Assembly (NCBI GenBank): GCA_963665815.1
Contig: OY762463.1
Coordinates: 3,616,001 to 3,680,000, forward strand
Length of the DNA: 64,000 bases
Reading direction: 5' to 3'
From: Candidatus Cloacimonadales bacterium
Lineage (GTDB): Bacteria > Cloacimonadota > Cloacimonadia > Cloacimonadales > JAIOQZ01
Positions 31,190 through 42,547 of this stretch are shown piece by piece; positions within the stretch are counted from its first letter, which is position 1; every line of letters starts with the position of its first letter. Both the position numbers and the translations under genes were made by a program. The notes below the pieces were generated by a model. The model worked only from the letters and a program-made list of their open reading frames with translations, ran no database searches and was not told the DNA's origin.

Positions 31190-31547
31190 TTATCCTCCAT
31201 ATTTTGATTTTACAATTGAAATGAGAAAATTGATACAACTCCCCTAAGGGAGTAAAAGGAAAATTGTATTGCGAATATATTTTTTATTTTGTATCATAAT
31301 GGTCAAAGAATTAGATTCCAGTATTTTGTCAATTATTTCCTATTTCAAAATCCACTCTCTCGATTTTGCATTAAGCCTTACAATAAATTTATAAATATCA
31401 AACATATAAAAAAGTAATTACATAGTGTATTAAAAAAAATAGAATATTTACGGAGGATTAGTGACCAGGAACAGGAAGCATGAAAATGGTGATAAGCTGA
31501 TGAAAGAGGAATATAGCTTTAACAAAGGTTGTGAATTGTTTAATAAT

Positions 31548-31594
31548 GGAGATTAATTCCGTTTCTACGGTTTCTCAAAATAACTCAATTCCCC
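31548..31594. repeat. Partial copy of repeat 'R' next to the gene C terminator
   Basis: GGAGATTAATT.CGTTTCTACG.TTT....AATAACTCAATTCCCC matches about 20006-20052. Confidence 0.75.
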
Positions 31595-31600
31595 AAAAAC

Positions 31601-31690
31601 AAAAAAACAGCCTCCCGAATGAGAGGCTGTTATAGAAGTTTAATTTACACACCATTCCAAAGGTTCTGAGACCATTTGGAAGGTCTGAAA
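31601..31690 (-). terminator. Conserved 3' UTR hairpin and terminator of gene C
   Basis: Same terminator (CAGCCTCTCATTCGGGAGGCTG on the minus strand) and TTCCAAATGGT....ACCTTTGGAA hairpin as genes A and B. Confidence 0.85.
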
Positions 31691-31698
31691 CATCTGAG

Positions 31699-34600
31699 TT
31701 ATTTAAGCATCAGCATTTTCTTAGTTTGTGATACTTCAGAGGTTTGCAGTCTGTAGAAGTATACTCCACTTGAAACTGAGTTTCCTCTGTCATCTTTACC
31801 ATTCCAGGTAACCTTATGGTTATCTGCTTCCATTTCTTCACTTACAAGTGTTCTTACTTTCTGTCCGTTAATATTGTAGACAGCAAGTTCTACATTTCCG
31901 GCTTTCTTAAGTGAGAATTCGATGTGTGTAGTTGGATTGAATGGGTTAGGATAGTTACCTTTAAGTTCTGTAACAAGATTCACATCATCAGGATCGTTTG
32001 CAACTTCTTCAAATGTAAATTCATAATCTGGAGCTGCAGCTGTACCACTTTCGTATATTGCTGTAATTGTAGCAGTAAGTTGTTCTCCAATGTTAAATCC
32101 TGTCACTGTGAAGAATGTATCAGACGTTGTTTGATTAATAATATCAATTTCAACTCTGAAATACATGAATGCACGTTCGTCTTCTTCATTATCAGAATCT
32201 CTTTCAACATAAGATGATCCTTCAACAAGTGCTGTTTCACCATCTGCTCTGGTTCCATAAATCCTGTCACCATGTTGCCACACAAGAAGCCTTTCATTGT
32301 TCAGCCAATGTATGTTAGTAGGAGCAATCAACACTTCAAGCAGATCAACATTTAAACCTGTATTGTCACCTGCAACAATCTGGATTCCATCTTGTGTATA
32401 TGGATCGTGATCTGCTTTAGTAACAACAAGGTTATAAGTTCCGGGATACATTCCACCAATGTCAATATTACCATCAGCATCAGATGTTGCAGTGTATTCT
32501 GTATTGTCAGAAGTATCTGTCATTACAGCTACAGCACCGGCGTTGTTTCCTGTATTTGATGTGAAGTCAATATGAAGTCTACCAAATTCAAGAATATTGA
32601 AGTCAACATCAACAGTTTGTCCATCAACCGCATTGATGTTATCAGTTGTAACTGATTCAAAACCATCTTTTGATGCAGTAAGGCTGAATGTTGCTGTTGG
32701 AAGATTAAGGAATAAATAATGACCAGTATCATTTGTATAAACTACAGAGCTGTCACTAAGTGTCATTTCAACATTTGCAACAGGGTTGTCGAATGTATCT
32801 CTTACGTACCCACCGATCATCGCACCTTGTCCAAGCTGGATGTCTACAATAGTAGTATGATCTTGAGTTACAACTACGCCTGAAACAGTTTGTGTTGAAT
32901 AATTTGTCAGTGTTGCAATTACAGTATAAGTAGCAGGAGGCATTGCAAGATATTCATAATGTCCTGTGCCGTCTGTATAAACAACTGATGCAAGTTCCTG
33001 GACAAGTACTTGAACATTTTCAAGTGGATTACCCTGTGTATCAGTTATTGTACCGGCAATACCTGTTTGTGAAGGTTGAACATCAACCCGTAATAGTTCT
33101 GTTTCATCATTTGGTGTTGATTCGTCACCTGCGAGAACGACTTTACCATAAATATCGGTTACGCCATCTACAGTAGGAGTCCAGTCAATATCAAAATCAA
33201 TATTCTGACCTTGAGTAATTGCCTGTCCAGTAACTGTTGCAAGTTCATTACCATTTTCCATTAACTTAACATCATATGTAGATTGATCATTGAAACCAAT
33301 ATTTCTTACTGTAACTGTATATGTACTTGTAATACCAACTCGAGGAGTTGCATTACCTACAATAGCTAATGCTGCGAGGTCATCATCAGGTGGAATAAGG
33401 TTAAGCATACTGACATCATCAATAGCTATATCGCTGTAATAGTTGTTTCCGGTTGCTCCACTGAATCTGATGTGAATGGTCTGACCAGAGAATGCTGTCA
33501 AGTCAACTTGTTGTTCAATCCATTGATCCCCTTGATCTCCGCTGATTGTGAATACATCATTAGTCCAGTTATTGGTTCCATGGTTGTAAACATCGATACT
33601 GAGAGTTCCCATTGTTTGTCCATACATGTGATACCAGAATGCAAGAACAGGATAACCATTATTTGTAAGGTCAAATGGTCTTGTTTCTATGTTCGCTGTC
33701 ATATTGTTGTATCCGGAAGCCTCAGTGTAAATATAGTAACCTGAACCTGTAGTATGATCCATAGATGGACCGGTATCAGTTGAACTTGTTGAACCTGTAT
33801 GTACAGTCCAGTCCATATCATCAGTTGTGTCTTGTGACCACCATGTAGGTATTGTTCCACCGTCAAAGTCTACAGTATAAGGATAAGACGTTATTGTAGG
33901 ATCACCACGGACTGTAAAGCTCCATACAGGGCAGTTTGCTGCTGTTCCATTGTTATTATATGGAGTAACTTGCCAGTAGTAAGTTGTATTATATGTAAGT
34001 CCTGCATAATTGTAGAATAAACTGTCTGCTCTGTCTACATCATCAAGAATATTAGTTGGAGGGTTGTCTGTTCCAAAGCTGAGTCTGAAACCTGTTGCAC
34101 CAATTGTGCCGCCCCAGTTCAATGACCCCATCTCTAAAACTTCCACTGCTTGATGGATAGGTGAGACTGGACTCACACATCCCGGAGGTGTTGTGTTATC
34201 ATAAACACTCACATCATCAATGGAGATATCACTGTAAAAATCTGTTCCGGTTACACCAATGAATTCAACAACGAAAGATTCAGTATTGTATGGTAGAAGG
34301 TCTACGGAAACATTAAACCACTGATCTCCCTGATCTCCAGATATTGGTTGAATGACATCTGAATGCAATGTGCCGGAACCTGGTTGCAGGATGTTTACCT
34401 GAAGAGTTCCCATTGTTTGTCCGTACATATGATACCAGAATACCAATTGTGGAGATGTCATTCCGCTAACATCAATAACTGGTGATGTCATTTTGAATGT
34501 CTGGTTGCTATTCCCCGATGCTTCAGTATACATGAAGTATCCTGAACCATTAGTATGGTCTCCGGATTGAGGACCTGTGTTTGATGAGGATGTTGAAGTT

Positions 34601-35694
34601 CCAAATGACCATGGGTCAAGATTGTTTGGGTCGTCGCTCCAGCAGGATGGAATTGCACCTGCGTTTTCAAAATCTTCAGTCCATGGGAAAGTATTGATAG
34701 TACCACATTGTGTTTCAAAAGACCACACAGCTCCAGGAGTTGTTAATCTTGTATTAGTATTATGACAAACAACCTGCCATTCGTAATCTGAAAGAATATT
34801 AAGACCTGTAAAAGCATATGATCCTGTTGTGTCTGCCTGAGCACCTGTAACAACTTCTGTCATATTTCCTGCCGGTCCAAACCATAAGTCATATGTGTCT
34901 GTGTCTGCACCAAAAACCCATGAAAGTGTTCCATCTACAAGAACTCCTGATGCATTATGGGATGGTGATGGATTTCTTGGAAATTCAGGATAGCCCGGTT
35001 CGATTGTGTAATATCTGATTGCGAGCTGAGCTGAAAGATTTGATGCATCATTGAAACAATACTCAAGACCAATTGTACCATCGCTGTTTTCCATACCAAT
35101 TGTACATCCAGCCAGATCAATACCTCCGTTGAAGGAATCATACTGCATGATTACTTCACCGTTTTCTTTAAGAATAAGTTGTGCTTCAAGATAACCGGAG
35201 CCTTCACCTGAGTATTCGTGATAGTTCAGGAAAGAGATCAATAAAGCATTAGTACCGTTAATTGTAGTGTTCTCGTAGTATATTCTGGCATTATGAGCTG
35301 GAGTAGTGGTACTAACAGGATCCAGATCATCCCAGAACCAGGCAATAAGATTATTCGGTATACCAGTCGTTGGGATAGTGACATTGGACAGAGTACTTGA
35401 GCCTGATCCAAAAGAAATGAATCCGTTTGAACTCATGTAGAAATCTGTGTAAGTATTGTTATAAAATGGAAAGTTAAACCCAATAGAATAAGGTCCACCA
35501 AATGAATCATCAGTTAAGGATGTAATCTGATTAGCATTAACTGTATCCGGTGCAATCCAATTGTAAGTCGGTCCGCTTGGGTCATTGCTGTTTCGCCATG
35601 AATACCCAAAAGCGTCCGGTCCCCCTGCAGTCTGCGCATGCAAAGCTAAGAAAGCAAAGAGGAGAAGGCTAAATAAAACTAGTCTCTTTCTCAT
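31699..35694 (-). CDS. Secreted surface protein C: NIDO-like, 2x(Ig + MAM), CARDB-like, carboxypeptidase-regulatory-like, FN3-like, FlgD-Ig/T9SS-like C-terminal domain; mosaic of A and B
   Basis: Signal peptide ...ALHA|QTAGGPDAFGY as in A; RBS AAGGAG; segments nearly identical to A and to B. Confidence 0.88.
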   Translation of the reverse strand: MRKRLVLFSLLLFAFLALHAQTAGGPDAFGYSWRNSNDPSGPTYNWIAPDTVNANQITSLTDDSFGGPYSIGFNFPFYNNTYTDFYMSSNGFISFGSGSSTLSNVTIPTTGIPNNLIAWFWDDLDPVSTTTPAHNARIYYENTTINGTNALLISFLNYHEYSGEGSGYLEAQLILKENGEVIMQYDSFNGGIDLAGCTIGMENSDGTIGLEYCFNDASNLSAQLAIRYYTIEPGYPEFPRNPSPSHNASGVLVDGTLSWVFGADTDTYDLWFGPAGNMTEVVTGAQADTTGSYAFTGLNILSDYEWQVVCHNTNTRLTTPGAVWSFETQCGTINTFPWTEDFENAGAIPSCWSDDPNNLDPWSFGTSTSSSNTGPQSGDHTNGSGYFMYTEASGNSNQTFKMTSPVIDVSGMTSPQLVFWYHMYGQTMGTLQVNILQPGSGTLHSDVIQPISGDQGDQWFNVSVDLLPYNTESFVVEFIGVTGTDFYSDISIDDVSVYDNTTPPGCVSPVSPIHQAVEVLEMGSLNWGGTIGATGFRLSFGTDNPPTNILDDVDRADSLFYNYAGLTYNTTYYWQVTPYNNNGTAANCPVWSFTVRGDPTITSYPYTVDFDGGTIPTWWSQDTTDDMDWTVHTGSTSSTDTGPSMDHTTGSGYYIYTEASGYNNMTANIETRPFDLTNNGYPVLAFWYHMYGQTMGTLSIDVYNHGTNNWTNDVFTISGDQGDQWIEQQVDLTAFSGQTIHIRFSGATGNNYYSDIAIDDVSMLNLIPPDDDLAALAIVGNATPRVGITSTYTVTVRNIGFNDQSTYDVKLMENGNELATVTGQAITQGQNIDFDIDWTPTVDGVTDIYGKVVLAGDESTPNDETELLRVDVQPSQTGIAGTITDTQGNPLENVQVLVQELASVVYTDGTGHYEYLAMPPATYTVIATLTNYSTQTVSGVVVTQDHTTIVDIQLGQGAMIGGYVRDTFDNPVANVEMTLSDSSVVYTNDTGHYLFLNLPTATFSLTASKDGFESVTTDNINAVDGQTVDVDFNILEFGRLHIDFTSNTGNNAGAVAVMTDTSDNTEYTATSDADGNIDIGGMYPGTYNLVVTKADHDPYTQDGIQIVAGDNTGLNVDLLEVLIAPTNIHWLNNERLLVWQHGDRIYGTRADGETALVEGSSYVERDSDNEEDERAFMYFRVEIDIINQTTSDTFFTVTGFNIGEQLTATITAIYESGTAAAPDYEFTFEEVANDPDDVNLVTELKGNYPNPFNPTTHIEFSLKKAGNVELAVYNINGQKVRTLVSEEMEADNHKVTWNGKDDRGNSVSSGVYFYRLQTSEVSQTKKMLMLK

Positions 35695-35980
35695 GTAGTT
35701 CTCCTTAAGTATTTGATAGTGTAGATATTTGATCTACGTAACGTATCTGATAATTATCACAGACTTTTAAGATTAGTCAAATTATTTTCTTTATTCTTTA
35801 AAAAAATAATTTACAGCAAATGAAATTAATTTGAAAGTTTCATGTTACTGTACTACTATGCTTACAAACTGGAATCAGGTTTAAAGTATAATAAAACAAT
35901 GGTTTAAACTAAAATATCATGTGGCAGTCTCAGACATTTGATATGAACATTGATTATACGACTCTGAAATTGTTACATTG

Positions 35981-36060
35981 AAAAAAACAGCCTTCCGAAT
36001 TGGAAAGCTGTTCTATGAAACTATATTTGATGCCAATGTGTATTAATCCGGCATCGAAAT
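35981..36060 (-). terminator. 3' UTR hairpin and terminator of the CapA-domain gene
   Basis: On the minus strand: GATGCC...GGCATC hairpin, then AACAGCTTTCC-aattc-GGAAGGCTGTTTTTT, related to the A/B/C terminator. Confidence 0.75.
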
Positions 36061-36067
36061 TACTAAA

Positions 36068-39058
36068 CTATTTTAAGAGTACACATTTTCTGACATTCAC
36101 TGTCTTACCGTCAGCTTTAAGTTTATAGAAATATACACCTGATCCCACTTTCTTATTATGAGAATCATCTCCAGTCCATGTTACGGAATGTTTGCCTGCA
36201 ATGTATTTTTGTTTTGTCAGTTCTTTAACCATTTGCCCCTTAATATTATATATCTTTAATTCAACATCGGAATCCTTTTTCAGTGTAAAACTGATATTTG
36301 TTGAAGGATTGAATGGATTTGGATAATTCTGGTGTAATTCATGTCTATATCCGGGAACGTTATTGTCGTCTTTTGCGACATACTCATAATTGTAACTTCC
36401 AGTTATATAGCTTGCACCCATATAAGAAGTGTTATCAGTTGTTCTGAACTGCACATGAGAATAAGCGTTTGGTACATCGAATTCCATAGTATTTGTAACA
36501 GGAATCCATGGAGTCCATTTAATAAGCCCTACATCGTCGAAAGCAGCAAATGAATTGGAATTGCTGTTGAAATCTGTCTTGCATTTTACTTCGTAGTAAC
36601 CTGCATTAGATGGAGGAGTTGCATCTCCGAAGAAGTATTGCCAGTTTCCTGTGTTACCATTATTGCATACTACTTCATCTTCCTGAGTAGGATAGTAAGA
36701 TGTTCTTCCTGTTAACCAGCAGGCTGTAATTTTCGCATAGTTTACATTAGATGTTTTCATCCATCCGTGTATAGTATAATCTGATTGATTATCCCATAAT
36801 TTGTAATTTTTTTCATAGCCTGTACTTACGGTATTATTGTTCGAAAATGAATGATAGAGAGATCTTTGACCTCTGTAAGCTTCAGCGTCTGAATAATCCT
36901 CATAGTTTGAATTAAAATTCCAGAGTGTGCATCCTTCATCTTCCATATTACCAAACCATTGCATTTCTTCACCTAATCTGTAATAGACTGTTCCCGGTGA
37001 GCTGCTTGAGTGTACTTGTCGGAAATACCCATTTTCTATTGGCAATGGTTTTGTGACATAGTATGAACCTGACTGCTGCATCTCATAGAAATCACTGTTA
37101 TATTCAGTTCTGAGAACATAGTGAGTTGTATCCATAACGGGATGAGCTTCAAGGTTTATATCGTCCATCTGAACAATTGTGCCCAGCTCTCTTGATTTTC
37201 CAATAATATATCTCAGTATGTGCCTACCAAGTTCGCCTGTGGCTTCTTCAGGGAAATAGTCATCAATGAAAACAGGTTTAATCCAGAAATCCTTGAATCC
37301 TTCGTCATCAGCTTCTGCATAGAGTATCATTGTAGCCATTGTCTCAGGGTAGTTAAGATCAAAAGCAAAGTTTCCGATTGAATGAGCAATAAGTTTATTA
37401 TTATATACTTCCAGTCCCTGAATAATATGTGGATGATGACATACAACCAGGTCAGCACCATTATCTATGGCAGCATGTCTGTAGTCAAGATCCCACATCT
37501 GAGGAATATCAGAGAGGGGGAGAAATACTTCATCTTCATTATCATCAATATAATCTGCTCCGGGATACTCGTAAGAGAATCTGTCATAACCACTTCCGGG
37601 GGCAGTGGAATATTCACTACCACAATGTATTTCAACAATTTTCAAATCTGCAAAGTTTTCGACTTCCTGAATTTGCTGAGAAACATAATAAGGAGTCATC
37701 ATAGCAAAGCCCGGTTTATCATATCCTGAATTAAGGTAGGGTTGAGCATTGTTGTATTGCCCGGTTCTGTCACATGATCTCAGAAATGCAAAATTGATAC
37801 CTGATTTGTTGATGAAAGCCGGTCTGTAAGCTTCCTGAGAATTCATTCCTGCTCCCGAGTAAAGAATTCCTGCATTGTCAAGAGTTTGCTGTGTTTCAGC
37901 TAAACCTGAATCCATATAATCGTAAGAGTGATTATTAGCAAGACTGACAATATCTACACCTCCGGCTGTAAGGCAGGCAACCGTAGGAGGGTCAGACTTG
38001 AATGCAACTGATTTGGTAGGGTGCATCGTAGTGCTGTAAGTTAAAGGTGTCTCAAGATTCATAACAGTAATGTCTGCAGCGTCTCCAAGAATACTGTTTA
38101 CTCCGGCAAAAACTCCTGCATAACCTTCAGAACTGATTCTTGTGTCCATTCTTCTGGTAAACATAACATCACCTGCAAAGTTCAGTACAACAGGATAGGT
38201 TGTTTCCCCATAATCAACGTCAACATGATGAGTAGCATAACCAGACATTTCAGTCTGGTCAGTTACAATAAGAGTAACTACGTATTCATGATCATCCATA
38301 ACTGTATATGCATGAGTTGGAGATTCGTCAGTGCTGTAGTTTCCATCTCCGAAGCTCCATAAATAAGAGAAAGTATCACTGTCTGGATCGAGGACATTGG
38401 CAGTGAATGTATAACTTACTCTTTCAGAAGTATCTCGGGTGAATCTGGAAACAAGGCTGTCTGAAATCGTCACTTGTGGAACAACAGGTAAGTCGTCAGT
38501 GATATTCACAATACTGTCGAAATAAATGTTGGTTGTATATGAGTTACTTTTTTCATTAACAAAGACAATTTTATCTATATCCGGAACATATTCAAATCTC
38601 GCTATCCAATCATCCCATATCGGGAATCTTACATTGTTCCATGTATTAGAAGGGAATGCTCCCTGATATACAGTGAGGAAATCATCATAAGACAGGGTTG
38701 AAGTTCCCTCAAGTGAATAATAAAGGACGTTTGTAGAATCACCAAATCCAATAGCCTGATAACTGCCGTAACTGGAAGAGTAAAAGGCTGTTGTGAAAAC
38801 AGCTCCTGTGTCCAGAGTAGCAGGAGTAATACTGAGCTGCAGCCAGGTATCTCCATAAAGTCTGATAGATCCGGTAGAACCATTATGGGTTGTCGAAGAG
38901 CTTATTTCCCAGTCTGAAGGATTAGAACCCTGGGTTCCGAAAGTTGAAATATTGTAGATTCCATCATCAAAATCTTCTATAGGAACCGATCTTTCATTAA
39001 TGGCAAAAGCACTACAAATCACGAATAAAAAAATGGCAATGAGAGAGAAATTTTTCAT
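36068..39058 (-). CDS. Secreted CapA/PgsA-family metallophosphoesterase-fold protein with PKD and carbohydrate-binding-like domains and a FlgD-Ig/T9SS-like C-terminal domain
   Basis: Signal peptide; PKD motif SYLWSFGDG....ESPTHAY; CapA motifs FAGDVM, NLETP, SLANNHSYDY, HCGSE, GADLVVCHHPH, HSIGNF; C-terminus NYPNPFNP...SGVYFYKL. Confidence 0.85.
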   Translation of the reverse strand: MKNFSLIAIFLFVICSAFAINERSVPIEDFDDGIYNISTFGTQGSNPSDWEISSSTTHNGSTGSIRLYGDTWLQLSITPATLDTGAVFTTAFYSSSYGSYQAIGFGDSTNVLYYSLEGTSTLSYDDFLTVYQGAFPSNTWNNVRFPIWDDWIARFEYVPDIDKIVFVNEKSNSYTTNIYFDSIVNITDDLPVVPQVTISDSLVSRFTRDTSERVSYTFTANVLDPDSDTFSYLWSFGDGNYSTDESPTHAYTVMDDHEYVVTLIVTDQTEMSGYATHHVDVDYGETTYPVVLNFAGDVMFTRRMDTRISSEGYAGVFAGVNSILGDAADITVMNLETPLTYSTTMHPTKSVAFKSDPPTVACLTAGGVDIVSLANNHSYDYMDSGLAETQQTLDNAGILYSGAGMNSQEAYRPAFINKSGINFAFLRSCDRTGQYNNAQPYLNSGYDKPGFAMMTPYYVSQQIQEVENFADLKIVEIHCGSEYSTAPGSGYDRFSYEYPGADYIDDNEDEVFLPLSDIPQMWDLDYRHAAIDNGADLVVCHHPHIIQGLEVYNNKLIAHSIGNFAFDLNYPETMATMILYAEADDEGFKDFWIKPVFIDDYFPEEATGELGRHILRYIIGKSRELGTIVQMDDINLEAHPVMDTTHYVLRTEYNSDFYEMQQSGSYYVTKPLPIENGYFRQVHSSSSPGTVYYRLGEEMQWFGNMEDEGCTLWNFNSNYEDYSDAEAYRGQRSLYHSFSNNNTVSTGYEKNYKLWDNQSDYTIHGWMKTSNVNYAKITACWLTGRTSYYPTQEDEVVCNNGNTGNWQYFFGDATPPSNAGYYEVKCKTDFNSNSNSFAAFDDVGLIKWTPWIPVTNTMEFDVPNAYSHVQFRTTDNTSYMGASYITGSYNYEYVAKDDNNVPGYRHELHQNYPNPFNPSTNISFTLKKDSDVELKIYNIKGQMVKELTKQKYIAGKHSVTWTGDDSHNKKVGSGVYFYKLKADGKTVNVRKCVLLK

Positions 39059-39275
39059 AGATCCTCCAATCTTCTCTGTGGTTATAATCTCAATGTTCCT
39101 AAATCATAGTATTTTAAAGAAATATGTCAACAGCAAAAAAAATATTTTTCTGTTTGTTGACTTAGGATCAAACTTAGTAGATTTTTGCTTGAGTTATACT
39201 GTACTCACATCAAATAAATTACTTTGATTAAATAAATTTTTTTTATAAAGATTCAGGTCAGAATTTGAGGATAAA

Positions 39276-39950
39276 ATGAATGTAAGCGAACTTGTTTCAA
39301 AATTAGCATCTGTAAGGATGAAATCGGGATCAATAATGGATATTGATCTGCTTAAAGAAGCTGCAGTAATTGTTCCTTTCGTTGAAATTGACAATGAGCT
39401 TCATGTTATTTTGGAGAAGCGATCATCTTCGGTAAAACAACCTGATGAAATTTGCTTTCCCGGTGGAAGAGTGAATCAGTCTCTTAATGAAAGACCGATA
39501 CAGGCAGCAATAAGAGAGATGTTTGAAGAGACGGGATTGAACATTGATGAATCTGTTATTTTCTTAGAATTGAAAAGCTTAATTTCTCCATTTAACATGC
39601 TGATATTCCCATTTGCGTGTTTTCTGAATAACTTTGACCCGGAACATGTTAAGCTGAATCCTGATGAAGTCTCGGATTTATTAATACTCCCTTTTGACTT
39701 TTTTATTAAGAAAAAACCTGAGAAGTATATGATTCAGGTTAAAATGCATTCTGAAGTTAAAGCTGTTAATGGTGATAAAAGAGTATTGTTACCTGTGGAA
39801 GCTCTGGAATTACCATCATTCTATAACAAACCCTATGGAAACATTGAGCAACCGGTTTACGTCTGGAAATATGAAGATGAGAAAATATGGGGCTTGACTG
39901 CCAGAATAATTGTTGAAATTCTAACACTCCTTGATCAGAAAATTAACTGA
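39276..39950 (+). CDS. Nudix hydrolase, CoA pyrophosphatase-like
   Basis: AAV.VP, KRS...QPDEICFPGG, Nudix box AAIREMFEETG, NPDEV, IWGLTA. Confidence 0.88.
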   Translation: MNVSELVSKLASVRMKSGSIMDIDLLKEAAVIVPFVEIDNELHVILEKRSSSVKQPDEICFPGGRVNQSLNERPIQAAIREMFEETGLNIDESVIFLELKSLISPFNMLIFPFACFLNNFDPEHVKLNPDEVSDLLILPFDFFIKKKPEKYMIQVKMHSEVKAVNGDKRVLLPVEALELPSFYNKPYGNIEQPVYVWKYEDEKIWGLTARIIVEILTLLDQKIN

Positions 39951-39961
39951 TCGAATAATAA

Positions 39962-41953
<1,992 letters not shown>

Positions 41954-41955
41954 CT

Positions 41956-42546
41956 TTACTCGGAAAGCATACTATACAGCTTATTAACGCATTCCGGGCA
42001 TATTCCCTGCAAGAACTTTATATTGTATGTTCTTGAGAAATATATTTCAGGTTCTTCCCAGATGTCTGTTCCTGATTCACCTTTTGTGTCTGTTCTGACT
42101 TTTTTACAGAAGGAACATAGATTTATAAATTCACGATTATTATCTTTGCTTAGTATATCTTCATGAACAATTTTATTGATTTTATATTGCTTAACCGAAT
42201 CAATCAAAGTTGTTTCTATTGTTTCCTGTGGAGTAGGCTTTATCAGAAATCTGAAGACATCACATTCATTAACAGCTCTAATGGCAACATTCATGTCGGT
42301 TTGTTCAGTGATAATAATTTTCACTGAAAGTGGAGCAATCTTTGCAGCTTTATTGAGGAAATCTATACCATCATGTCCATTGAGTCTGTAGGAAGATAAT
42401 ATTACAGGAAAATTTTCTTTTTCCAGAAGACTAAGAGCTTCATCTATTGAAGTAGTTGTAATAATATCGAACTTTCTTCTGAAAACTCTTTTGAAAGAAT
42501 TAAGAGTTATTGAACTACTGTCAAGGTATAGGATTTTCTCAAACAT
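41956..42546 (-). CDS. Atypical (pseudo-receiver) response regulator with a C-terminal CxxC...CxxC domain
   Basis: Receiver fold (ILYLDSS...VILSSYRL..DGIDFL...FRFLIKP) with Ser at the phospho-Asp position; C-terminal LCSFCKKVR...W...E.YF...GICPEC. Confidence 0.8.
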   Translation of the reverse strand: MFEKILYLDSSSITLNSFKRVFRRKFDIITTTSIDEALSLLEKENFPVILSSYRLNGHDGIDFLNKAAKIAPLSVKIIITEQTDMNVAIRAVNECDVFRFLIKPTPQETIETTLIDSVKQYKINKIVHEDILSKDNNREFINLCSFCKKVRTDTKGESGTDIWEEPEIYFSRTYNIKFLQGICPECVNKLYSMLSE

Positions 42547-42547
42547 A

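Noticed and set aside
31190..31340. T-box riboswitch upstream of leuS
   Set aside because: Only a short ACTCCC/GGGAGT hairpin; no T-box UGGNACC motif or terminator.
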